Below, piece by piece: positions 13,262 through 25,282 of a DNA stretch of 42,871 bases. How positions within the stretch are numbered: position 1 is the stretch's first letter; each line of letters opens with the position of its first letter. This DNA comes from Conidiobolus incongruus B7586 (Eukaryota). A model generated the notes under the pieces. The model searched no databases. It had not been told where the DNA came from and saw only the letters and a program-made list of their open reading frames with translations. The stretch spans positions 1 to 42,871 of the forward strand of contig JNEM01010563.1 in assembly GCA_000697335.1 (NCBI GenBank). Direction: 5' to 3'. The translations under genes and the position numbers were made by a program.

Positions 13262-14206
13262 ATGAATGAAAGAGTTACCTTTAACTATTTACCAGGTGTC
13301 TCTATAATTTACAATTTCATCAATGAACAAACTGAATTAAATTTAATTAATGAAATTGATCAATTGCATTGGGGTGGAAAAGGTCAAAGGTATGTATGAT
13401 TAAAAATTTGATTAATATATATTAATGAAAATGGTAGTCCCAATCCCGAACTCAAGAGAAGGACGCAGCATTTCGGATATTTATTCAGCTATCGATACCG
13501 GTAAATCTCATCATTATAATATTGTTTATATAGTATTAATACTATGGAATAGAAAAGTTGAAAAATCTTTGGGGGAATTTCCAGAATTCTTGAAAAGTAT
13601 TAACAATTTGATTAAAAGTGAAGTACCTGAACATATTGATTTAAATTCAATTATAATTAATGAGTATGAATTGGGACAAGGTAATTGATTAATATTAAAA
13701 TAACTGTTAGATATTAACGTATTTAATTTGTTTTAGGTATTATGCCACATACAGGTAAATATAATCTAAAAAATTCTTATATATATATATATAAATTAAT
13801 CAATAAAATGAATAGATTCTGCAGAAATTTTTGGTCCCATCATATCAAGTTTATCATTATTATCACCATGCAATATGACATTCATTCCAAAAAGAGCAGA
13901 AGTATTAGATTTAGAATCAAAGGGTTTAGAAATTCCTAAAATTCATATTCATTTACGTAATTATTTAGATTATATATCTGTGTTATTATAGAGATTAATT
14001 AATATTTAATAGCTAGAAGATCTCTAATCATATTACAAGGGGACAGTCGTTACGAATTTCAACATTCTATATCCAAAGACCATACTGAAAATTTTCCCAA
14101 TCCTGCAAACGGAACATTAACTGAAAACACATTTGACAGAGATCGTCGAGTGTCCCTCACATTTAGAACCATATTGAATACTGAAAAATTTGACAATCAA
14201 CAATAA
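13262..14206 (+). CDS. Stand-alone AlkB-family 2OG-Fe(II) dioxygenase (ALKBH8-AlkB-domain-like), 6 exons, ~223 aa
   Basis: Exons 13262-13389, 13438-13500, 13553-13680, 13737-13754, 13816-13956 and 14013-14206 total 672 nt and stay in frame. Motifs: RRTQHFGYLFSY, INEYELGQGIMPHTD, SLSLLS, RRSLIILQGDSRYEFQHSI, RDRRVSLTFR. Confidence 0.88.
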
Positions 14207-14247
14207 AAATTATAAACATAAAAATATTAAAATATTTAATAAAAAAA

Positions 14248-14892
14248 TTAACATTTGAAACCCAATTGGTGCTCCATAGCAGTGTGGAAATCGTATTGAG
14301 CTCTCTCAATTTCACCAGCTAAAAGAGTTATTAGTCAAAGCATTAATATAAAATAATAATAAATTACTGTTTAAGAAGTCTTCAACATCGATAGTTTCGT
14401 CCTTACCCAGCAAGATATCAAGACCCAAATTGGAACTTGGAAGGAGGGCAGGTCTTTTAAACTAGCATAATATTAATAAAAATTAATTAATAATATAAAT
14501 TTAATAATTATACTTTGCTAAGTGCGTCAATTTCCATCAAAGTTCTGAAAGGGGAGTGTAAACCAGCAGTCTGTCTTCTCATATTTAATTTGAGTTGGAG
14601 TTGAGATTTTTCAAACTAATTACCAAATTAATAAATTATTAACATAATATTTTAAAATGAATGTTACATTTTCTAAACGCTTTTCCAATGGATGACCTTC
14701 AACAACTTCACTGGCAATAGACTTTAAACCGTATCTGAGGGAGTCGTGAACACCATACTCATTGGCAGTAGCTTCTAAACTCTTTTGGATTTTGGATTCG
14801 CTGGCATCCAATTGAAGTCCCAAATAATTTGACTAATTATCAATATTAGTACTATTATTATTGAATGTGATATTGTTTTTATTTAATACCAT
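14248..14892 (-). CDS. UMP1: Proteasome maturation factor Ump1/POMP (5 exons; the first coding exon is only ATG)
   Basis: Spliced translation contains GVHDSLRYGL, HPLEKRLEN, GLHSPFRTLME, SSNLGLDILLGKDETIDVEDFL and DFHTAMEHQLG. Confidence 0.92.
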
Positions 14893-15007
14893 TTTGTTAT
14901 AGTTAAACTGTTATATAAAATTATTATTAGAAATTTATGTTTTATTCAATGAATGTGATAAATACCAATTTAAATATTGGAATAGTTGACGTAATCTAAT
15001 TCAATCA

Positions 15008-15015
15008 TTATGGGA
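15008..15015 (-). promoter_or_regulatory. WCCCAYAA upstream motif (upstream of UMP1)
   Basis: CATCCCATAAT on the minus strand ~116 bp upstream of the ATG. An identical 11-mer lies upstream of UXS1. Confidence 0.5.
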
Positions 15016-16945
15016 TGAATTTTTTCAGATTATGCCTAATAATTAACTTTTCAAATCGTATAGCTATAAATAAAAAATGAACTCTTAATCACAATTCAAT
15101 ACCGTTCCTAGAATTTCCACTACTTCTGGGCATGTCTATCAATACTTAATCAAAGCCTAGATAAACTATCCATTGCAGCACAGATACTCAGATATTATAT
15201 TATAACAGTGTTTGGTATTAAAAAATTTGACAATAAATATTTTATTGTTATTTTAGTTAAATATAAATGACTTTGACTTTGTTTCTGCCTCCAAAATACA
15301 AAAATAAGTTGGACTCTTACTTAGTAGTTTTAGATATTGAGATAGAACTATATAAACCTCAGGAAAATTGAAGTTTTACTAAATTTCTGATATTAAATAA
15401 TTTTGAATAAACAATAAAAATATTTAATTTGAAAAAATATATCATTCAAGAGTTTTTTAAATAACTAAAAACCTTTAATAATAAGTTTAATATTTTAAAT
15501 TTTCTCTGAATATAAAATCATTTAGGATATCAAATCAATGTTTCACTATAAATGGTATGGTTTTTATACCATATTAGAAACAAAATATAAATAAGTTATT
15601 TCTGGAATTATTATTATACATAAAGACAAGCTTTGTTGCCATAGATTCAGGCCCTTTAGATTTATCTTTCAATTACTTAATGTATAACTGGTAGTTCTTA
15701 ATTATAATCTTGAAAGCTATTATAGATAACTTCTTTATAATTTTTAAATATTTTTTTAATATAAAATATCAAATTATACTTGGTATAGAAAATTAAAATA
15801 AATAAAATATAACTTAAAAAGGTATTAATAACCCAAGAAAATCAAACTTTTCAATTTTTAAACGAAATTAAATATTAATAATATAGTTTGAGATGGTAAA
15901 TAAAATGATCATGGATATATTATCAAATTTAAATGGAATAATATATTATATCTTTAAAACATTAATTACCAATTTTTTAATATAAATTCTTTTTAAGATC
16001 ATAGTTCATAACCAATAGAAATTGTTTATTATTTTTCAAATAGAATATCAAATGAGTTTGTAAAATCTAAGCATACTAATTTCTTAATAAAAATAAAACT
16101 CAAGTTTAAATATATAAATAAAATATAAAACTGATTCCATTATTAATGATTTTCAATATTAGAAGTAAAATGACATTGTTTCTTTATTTTAACAAAATAT
16201 AAACCAAACAGTTGAATTATTGTTAGATAAATCCAATGATGTTTAATGTCTATAAAATATAAAACTTATTAAATATTAATATTATATCTTATTAAAGTTG
16301 ATAATAAAAGGTGATAATTAAACTCTTTAATATAATATTTTCAAACTAGGATTTATTTCTTTTAATTTTAAAATGTAATTTTTTATAACAAGTCACACCC
16401 TTTTTGGTTTATTTTTCTTATTAGGGAAAAGAAGATATTAGGAGAATTTATTATCTGTTTTATTTATTATAAGCTATAAAATCAATAGCTTTTCAATAAA
16501 ATTAGAAAATAAGGAAAATGATTAGTATAATTAAAGGAAAGTAATTAAATTAATTATAAAAAGATCAAAAACCTTGTTAAAAAGGTATATAAAAAACTTA
16601 CTAAACTGATTATTAAATAGCATCATTTTATTTTATTTTTTGCATTAAAAACTATAAAAATGGTGAAGAGTCAACAAATATAGTGGGAGTAGAAACACAA
16701 GAATAATATTAAAATACTTTTATCACGGATTTAAACTATATTTACTTAGCAAAACAAGGAAATATCATTGGTGTAAGGAAATCATTTGTGATAAATATCA
16801 CACAGGCAAAATATATGGTAATTGCAGGTATTTTCATATACAAATTAAATTAGACTTTCAATTGTCCTCAATGTCATGTAATGATAGATCAAAATATCAA
16901 TATTATTAGAAACATACTTCATTATTATCTAAAGGTCAATCAAGC

Positions 16946-17849
16946 TAGTCTTCCAGGGTTAGTGTTGGGGCTTACCCCTTGGGATCTTCAAACTACATAC
17001 AGGACTTGGACAAGGATGATTAATTTTGATTAATTTTGGACAAATTTAATCATAAGTGTTAATTCCTAGTAGGAACAAATTCTTCTCATGTTTGACACTC
17101 AACGCTTCTTGTTATGATGAAAAATTCAAATTTGGTATATAATATTTCAATCATTTCTTTTTGCTTGCTAAAAAATTATGGATACCTAATTTACTTTTCT
17201 CTCTTAGCATGTGAGCCAGTAATTTCGAATACTTCAGTACCTAATTTATTAGCAAACTGAATTGCTAAATATCCTAGTCCTCTAATGCCTCTAACTCTTA
17301 CAGAGTCACTCATTTAGATGTCATGAAAGATTATTGGAGCAAATACGCTCATTCCATCACAAATCAAATGAGCTGCATATTGCGAAAGGATCGCATCGGG
17401 AATCTTGAAAGTATAATTATCTTAAGCTTGAACTGCTTCTGCGTAACCTTCATACGTCTTGGAGTTATTTGGCCATTTTTTATTGTTTGTGAAAACTCTC
17501 TTAAGGCAATAAGCATTATTTTTAGTGTAATATGGGTGACAACCTTAGGATAGACATGTACTAACTTGAGCACCTACACCAACGCGATCTCCAGCCTTGA
17601 GATTGGTAACATTAGAATCTAAAGCAGTCATATTGTCAATAATTTCGCGACCTGGAATCATCAAATGGTCTTAAGGATCACAATGACTGGCTAGGTATAG
17701 ATATCAGATCTGTACATACAATAGTGGGTGATTTGAATTTCTACATCGTCATTGTATAACGCTTCAGGTTGATAAGTGAAGGGAGCCATCTTTTCGCCAG
17801 CATCATGACAGGCATAAGCTTGGACCTAATTATATTTCGATTGACACAT
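16946..17849 (-). pseudogene. Decayed zinc-binding NADP-dependent alcohol dehydrogenase (CAD/ADH6-like) pseudogene
   Basis: Reads AYACHDAGEKMAPFTY..DDVEIQITH, IPGREII, LKAGDRVGVGAQV, TYEGYAE, FKIPD, AAHLICDG and GIRGLGYLAIQFANKLG. It is broken by several in-frame stops and at least one frameshift, and the C-terminal half appears truncated. Boundaries are approximate. Confidence 0.85.
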
Positions 17850-18242
17850 TGAATAAATTGATTATTTAGACATTAGAATTAATGTGCGATTGCTATAAAT
17901 ATTAACGTGTATCCATATTGAGATAGTATACTACGTTTATATTTTTATAATTCAGCGACCATTAAATTAATTATAATACATAGAACTCAATATATTTTAT
18001 TGAATTTAATAACAAAGATTTTATTTACAAACTTCCAAATATATTAAATTTCAATACTCACTATTAGTTTCTATTCACTAAAAAATTCCAAATTATAATC
18101 TTTGTTTTCAAAATTTTTTTTAATTAAAATTATTTTGTTTGTTAATTTCTAGTATTTTAGTTTGGTTCTTTGAATTCAATATTTATTGATTAAATTTTGT
18201 AATTTTTATCCATTTTAAAGGTTTGAAAATTTGAGATATCAT

Positions 18243-18771
18243 TGTCACGTGTTAGGCAACACTAGCCAAAGTCAAGATAGTCAGATTACTGATTCCAGGG
18301 GCGGTGGGTACTTCCAGGACAAGACGGACGAGCTGAGACGCATAATTGACTAACTGGGTAGCGAGCAGGGTACGCGCATTGAGTGAATATGCCATCTTAA
18401 AAGGGTGGTCAATAATCAACTGATTGGAGTCCATCTCGACCAAACAATGCAAACCAAATTGATAAATTAATTCAAAATAAATTAGGCTTTAACAATGATT
18501 CTTTATTGAGGTCTTCAGGTAGAACCGTAGCTGGTGTCTTTAGAGTCGGACTTGGGCTCTACCAAAGAGTTTTTTCTTTCATTCATAATGGCTTATACCC
18601 TGTTATCAGAATTTATAAGCTTACCGCTGTAATCATCCTCGTGAGTCGCATAATGCAAGTCTTCGGGAGGACAAGTTTCCCAATTCACTCCGTCAATTGG
18701 TTTTGGCAAGGAGTTCTCATTATCCTGCAGCGGTTCGACGGATTGCCAAGTCGACAACCTTGGCAGTTACA
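18243..18771 (-). mobile_element. Probable solo LTR of an LTR retrotransposon (529 bp)
   Basis: A GC-richer island sharply bounded by TGTAAC...GTGACA on the minus strand (canonical TG..CA ends, imperfect terminal inverted repeat). It has TATAAAT at 18611-18617 followed by AATAAA at 18502-18507. No target-site duplication and no gag/pol seen. Confidence 0.6.
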
Positions 18772-19298
18772 TATTTTAAATAACGTATTATTTATATGGT
18801 ATATTTGAAATTAAAATCAAAATCAATGTTTCAAGATTAATTATACCAAGCAAATTGAGCATAATGCTTTTATTGACCCATTTTTAAACTCAAATTAATA
18901 TACATTATTACAAATAAAAGTATTTTATTAATTTTTCTATTCTGTTCCAATTTTGGGTTGATTTTTTTATCATTTGATTACAATTATACTTTTAATAGTT
19001 CCTAATAAAGAATATGTATTTAATATCCCATAAATTAACACTTAAAATCCATTCGAAAAAGAATAAATTCATCCTATTGAATATAATTCATTTTACATAT
19101 ATAACTTGACTAAAAAGAATAATTTAATTATAATATTTAATTAATCATTTTCAATACTAATACTATTATTTATCAAATTATTTATATTTCTATTTTTATG
19201 TTAAATATTTATTATTAAAAATTCTTTTATTATTTTCTATAATTTTGTAAATTATTATTTGATTTAACTAATTATTTGACTTTATTTAATAATTATAA

Positions 19299-20522
19299 AT
19301 GAATTCAAAATCGCAACCAGAATCCGATCCCAATATTCCTATTGACCAGAGACCACTCCCACAAAGGTTTCCAGAATATTGTCAAAAGATTCAACTTCAA
19401 CATCCTATTAAACCTCGCCATCGATGGGATATAGATAACCTTTTAAAGAGATGTCCTGGTTTAGGTCAAGATTATCATATATTTGACAAAATTGGCGAAG
19501 GTACATTTAGTACAGTTTATAAAGCGGTAGATTTAAAGTATTTTATGTATGATAATTCTTATTGGGACTTTGATTTTGCTGCTGAGGAAGAGAATGGTTC
19601 TTCGAATTTAATTCGCCCGCCTCCCAAATTTGTCGCTATTAAAAAAATTTATGTAACGAGTAGTTGCAACAGAATTGAAAATGAAATCTCTATCTTGCAC
19701 CAGTTAGTTGGGAACCAATATGTTACTCCCCTAATTACCGCTACCAGATTCGATGACCAAGTACTTCTTGTTCTCCCATTCTTCCGCCATGTCGATTTTC
19801 GCGAATATTTTCAAACGTTACCCCTATCGGATATTAAAAATTATATGTATTCCTTATTTCAAGCTCTAGCGCACTGTCACCGACACAAAATTATCCACCG
19901 TGATGTGAAACCCAGTAATTTCCTCTATTTGAATAGTAAGCGCAGGGGTGTTCTCGTCGATTTCGGTTTGGCTCAGAGGGAAGAGCCTCCAACTCAGGAA
20001 ATCCCTGAATTTTTGCATACGAAGGCGCATTCCTTCTTCGATGCCAATGGTAGTCCAGGTATTATTAAAAATGATACAAGGCCCACTATCAAAGCGAATC
20101 GCGCAGGAACGAGAGGCTTTCGAGCTCCTGAAGTTCTTCTCAAATGCAGATACCAAACAGTTTCCATTGACGTATGGTCTGCAGGTGTAATTCTCCTATG
20201 CTTCATGTCCCGAAGATTCCCATTCTTTAATTCCGCGAGCGATCACGAAGCACTCATCGAACTCGCATGTATCTTCGGCAAAGCTGAAATGCAAAAAGTC
20301 TCCACGGAATTGAATCGTGTCTTCCATACCAACATTCCATCAATCAGGGAAGCTCAAATCCCTTTCCCAACCCTGTGTAAAAATTTGAACCCTGGCGGTG
20401 TTGGAATGTTCCCTCCGGAAGCTTTCGATCTCTTGGAGAAGTGTCTTGCACTAAATCCTAAGAATCGTATCACTGCGGAGCAGGCTTTATTGCATCCATT
20501 TTTGGCGGGTGTATCCCAGTAA
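19299..20522 (+). CDS. CDC7: Cell division control protein 7 kinase (DDK catalytic subunit), intronless
   Basis: KIGEGTFSTVYKA, VAIKKIYVTSS, HRDVKPSNFL, LVDFGLA and the Cdc7-diagnostic ANRAGTRGFRAPEVL. Confidence 0.95.
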   Translation: MNSKSQPESDPNIPIDQRPLPQRFPEYCQKIQLQHPIKPRHRWDIDNLLKRCPGLGQDYHIFDKIGEGTFSTVYKAVDLKYFMYDNSYWDFDFAAEEENGSSNLIRPPPKFVAIKKIYVTSSCNRIENEISILHQLVGNQYVTPLITATRFDDQVLLVLPFFRHVDFREYFQTLPLSDIKNYMYSLFQALAHCHRHKIIHRDVKPSNFLYLNSKRRGVLVDFGLAQREEPPTQEIPEFLHTKAHSFFDANGSPGIIKNDTRPTIKANRAGTRGFRAPEVLLKCRYQTVSIDVWSAGVILLCFMSRRFPFFNSASDHEALIELACIFGKAEMQKVSTELNRVFHTNIPSIREAQIPFPTLCKNLNPGGVGMFPPEAFDLLEKCLALNPKNRITAEQALLHPFLAGVSQ

Positions 20523-23500
20523 ACTTGTATGTCTTTTCATCGGTTTACTCGTATTAAAACAGTCTTATAATCATTCCAAGCTAGGTTAATGATCCTAACA
20601 TCGTGGAATTCAATTAATTACTCAACATTCAACCGTAGCAACATAATTTAAAATCCAATATAAAACAATTCCTTTAGCAATGTAAAATTTCTTCTAATTT
20701 GTATCAATATTTCCAAAATACTTCATTTCATTTCATCGATGGTTTCATTTGTTTTGAATCAAACATCAATACTTAAGTGGGTTAGCTCTATACTTGTAAT
20801 TTAGATACAATACATTTAACTTGAAATGAATCAATTTTCCATCTAGTCATTTGAATTTTGAATAAAAACTATAACAAGAATTAAAGTTTGATCATCACTT
20901 TTCATATGAAAATTATGAAGTTTATGCTTTCAATTGACAGCAATGAATTGAATATTTAAATAATATAACATTGAATATTCCAATAATATAGCCCAATTTT
21001 ATAGAATTTAACTTTAGCTTAAGCACTAGTTAATTTTTGAATTCAATTCAAAATTGTTTATATTCACTTTTTAATTAAGATCCAGAAATTTGTTTGAATG
21101 CTAAATTATTTTGGCTTAGCAAATATTAAATAAATATGGATTTTGAATAATTTTTTATAAAATTATATTTAAATTATATAGATTGTAATCTATTCTTTTG
21201 TATTAATAATAATGAATAATCACATGCTTAATCCAATCTTCAATATATAATTTTTTTAAACCATTTATTCATTTATATTCATATCTTTCATTATTCAAAA
21301 TTTGTAATATTTAAAGGAATTTTGTAATCAATGATTTTTTTTAAATTTTTCAATTATTAAAATTCTAATTATTATTATTATAAAAATTAAATAAAGAATA
21401 TAAAATTAATACTCTGTTTTATTATTAATAACTCTTTGTTATACTTTTAACATATTATTAATACTTAAGAAACAATTCTTTTTATTAAACATTGAAATTT
21501 AATGTTTTATAAACTAATCAAATTTGTTTATTGAAATTGATTAATATATTCTTTAAATTACTTAAAGCCATTAAAATTATATAAATTGTAATTTAATGAA
21601 TTTACCAAATATGGTAGTTTTTTTTCTAATTTTTTATAAATTTAATATATTTTATAATTTATCATATAAAATAATAAGTATATTAATTAGAAATTATTTT
21701 ATTTTAAAAATTATAAAGTTTATTATGAATTAATTTACTTTTAAAAACTAAATAAAGAAACTTATATAGTATTATAATTTATTAAAATATTTTTAATATT
21801 TTATATAAATTAAATATTTGTTTATTAAGTTCTATAAAGTGAATTTTTTAACTTAATATTTTGCTTTTTATTTTGATAAGAGGTTATATAAATAATTTAG
21901 GATATTTTATTTATAGTAATATTTTTAAGAATCTTTATTTTGAATTATATTTTAATAAGTTTTATTTATATATAAATATTTTAATTTTTTATATCTTTGT
22001 TAAGCTATTTGCTATCTATCTTGACTTTTTAAATTTAAACTTTAATGTATAAATTTAATATACTCATACAATTAATATTAAATCATTTTAATCATTCTTT
22101 AATTATAATAAAAGGGTTATTTGATATATATTTTTTATTTTATTAATAAAAAAATAACAATAAAAATTAATATTTTATATTTTGATAAATTTTAAGTAAT
22201 ATCCCTTTTAGTTTTGAAATAACAAATTAACAGTAAATAGTAGTTTTAAATAAAGTTTTATTTTTATAATGTTTATAAATCTTCAATAACCTTAAAGGGT
22301 TTATAGTTGAATTTTAATAATACAAAAATATAAAGCTCTTGATAATCGTTATCTAATTTAAACATGATTATATTCGATAATATATTTTAAATTTTTTTAA
22401 TGAAAATGTTTCAAATAATATGTATATATTTATATATATTGATAATATTAATTTTTTTATCTAATATATATATAATTTATATTTTAAAACTACTAATATA
22501 TTTAAAAAATCATATATTATCAAAATTGCCATTTCTTTTTAAACCTATAATATAAGTGTAATTTTAATTTAATAGAATTATTTCCAATTCTGCTTGCCAA
22601 ATATCATCAAATTAAAAAATACATATTATTTTTCGAATAATTTAATTTAATATGATATTTTTCATTTGTACCACTTTCAACCTTAATTAATAAGCCAAAT
22701 TTTTTATATTATTAATTCTTACTCAGCCTCAAGTTCTAACTCATGGCAATCTGTATTTTACAGTATTATTCTATATATAATTTTGACAATTTATAAATGA
22801 ATTAGTTAACTATAAAATGTTATACTCCATTGATTCCCAGCTAGATGATATTTTTCACAAATATTCAGGACAACATCACTTAATAGAGCAATATTTGAAA
22901 TTTGAAATTTAAAATTATTGGATATTAATGGAGGTAATTCGTAAAAAACTATGTACATGGAATAGTTAATGCATTTCAAAATAATTAAACAATTTAGTAA
23001 TTTTTACCCTGCATTGGAAATTAAATATAATTAATAATCCAATCAAAATGGATAAAGGAATTTATTAATTTTAGAATTATTTATTTTCTTCGATTATTTG
23101 AATAAACTTTTGTAAATAATTATAAATTGACTATGATATTTTTAATTTTGGTTTTTTTAAAATGAAATAATATATTGTTTTGTGTTTTCAGTAATTAAAA
23201 ATTAAATATTTGGATATAATAACATAATTAATTTTTTAGGTATTACCGTACCATTTCAAATATGAGCTAATTAATTCTATTTTCAGAATAACTTAATCTT
23301 TGGGAAAGACCTTTGTTATTCTGATGTAGTACGAGTTATTAAGCACATTATCAGTATAAATTCCAAATAACCTGAATTTTAAATTTAGATACAATAAGTC
23401 ATGATTACCTCATCACTTATGTATATGCAAAAGTTAATATTCAACTTAAATTCTTCGTATCAACATAACATTATTTCATCATGACGTCAACCATTCAAGT

Positions 23501-23822
23501 CTCAATATTTAAACCAAGTGCATAATCTTTATCATAATTATAATCATATATAAATGAGAGAAATAGTTAATTTTTTATTGACTCTCGAAAATTTAAATTT
23601 AATTATATTGAATAATAATTCAAAATTCAAAACTAATAGCCATTATGAAATCTATATTCGATTACTTGAGTATTTATCAAATTTTTTATATTATTATTGT
23701 GATATCGATTTAATGGTAAATAATTATTTATATTCTATTAATAACAATAAATTAAAATATTAATTTTGAAGTATATATAGGTTCAATTTTGAAAGAATGT
23801 TATACTGCTACCTTGTATCAAA

Positions 23823-24385
23823 TCATGTATTCTCGGATTCCAGTCCCTATCCATGTTATTAAAATTACTCATTATAATCTTACTATTGCCTGATAAAGTA
23901 AAAATTCACTTGCCTTCGCCATTCTCACATATTCATCGCCATATAGCTGCATCACTCTTACTCCAGCCATGCCCAAGTTATTTACTAGAGTCTGAAAATT
24001 ATAAATATATAATATACTCTAAGTTAATCAACTTATCACTTAAGTCAAATTCATCTATAATCCAACTATTTTAGCCCCATTCTAAATCAATAGCTCTAAT
24101 AATATGTCAACGATCTTAATTATTTAATAAACTTTAAACCAAACCTAGATCATATACTAAATTATTAAATTGAAGTTTATTTAGTTTATAGAAAAATGTA
24201 AGAATTTCGGCAATGGGTATCATTACCAGATCCACGATTTCATCTCGATAATCAGAGATATCAGTGACTACGTGTTCCGCAACTCTGGGAGCCAGGAGGA
24301 CAAGTTCAGTCGCGATGGCTATACGGTTGGGCTCATTATACGTGATTAATTGTAAATTAGGCAAATTAGAATCAATGTAGGCCAT
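23823..24385 (-). CDS. Tentative small hypothetical protein (~86 aa, 3 exons, one GC-AG intron)
   Basis: Exons 24227-24385, 23914-23991 and 23823-23846 are all phase 0 and GC-richer than their flanks. Donors GTAATG and AAG|GCAAGT; acceptors TTTCAG and GATAG. No homology recognised. Confidence 0.35.
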
Positions 24386-25282
24386 GATATGAAGAATATA
24401 GCGGTGAATAAAACAAAGAAAAAGGTTGTAGCAAGATTGAGTTTTATTATCTTAGAAGATATATTGAATAGAATAAATTGTAATGGGGTAAAGGATAGAT
24501 TTAGTAACATAGTGAGATGGAGGTGCTACTCTTGTGAAAGCTAGAAATAAAAAGGAGGATAATTGGTAGTTATGTAATTTCGATTAGAAAACCAAAAATC
24601 GAGCTTCTATCATAGAAGCTACTGGTGTATTTAAAGCCATTTAGGTGTTTGGACGTGTGATTGTATAATGGTGTATCCTTGTGATAGTTCTCAGGACTGG
24701 TTCCTTGTTCTTGTTTATTCAAAGGAACAGGATGCGACAAAACGCATATTTTGAAGTGATATAACCTCAAATACTAGATTATACTATATATTAAAGGTTG
24801 ATTAATTTATTAATATATAATGAATTTTTAGTATTTAAAATATAGAAACTATAATTTAAATATAATTAATAAAATGATTAAGATTTAAAAAACTATTTTT
24901 AAAAGGATTCATTTATATAAAATAACAAAAACATTATTAATTATTTCGATATATAATACATTATAAAAATCAATAATTTTTAAATTAATGAAATTTTCTT
25001 ATAATATCTGTTTGATTTTAAAAATATCAACTTGTTAACGAATAATAATCAATCAATAATATTTGTATTTAAAAGCTTATTTATTATAAATTATATTATT
25101 ATACATTTATTTAATAATTTGATAATGCTAAAGGATTTGATATATAGTTCGTCGAATCTTTTTATATAAAGAATATTAAAATTCATAAAATATTTTTCAG
25201 AATATATATGGGGGGGTAAAATATATAATCATTTATTTAAAAACTAGAGGAATAAAAGAAGGAGAAAAATTGACTATATGAT

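Noticed and set aside
17323..17573. ORFs 17323-17553(+) and 17364-17573(-)
   Set aside because: They are off-frame or antisense readings of the ADH pseudogene.
18252..18808. ORFs 18252-18452(-) and 18506-18808(+), or a structured ncRNA (SRP, RNase P, snRNA)
   Set aside because: The ORFs have non-ATG starts and no protein motifs, and I found no diagnostic ncRNA motifs. TG..CA ends plus TATA and poly(A) signals fit an LTR better. An Rfam search is still needed.
22570..22615. Minus-strand DDIWQAE resembling the Polinton/retroviral integrase WQAD motif
   Set aside because: No downstream integrase motifs follow and the frame is full of stops, so a chance match is likely.
21861..23763. AT-rich ORFs 21861-22052 and 23554-23763
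   Set aside because: Their F/I/L/N/Y/K-dominated composition is what random AT-rich DNA produces, and there is no splice or homology support.
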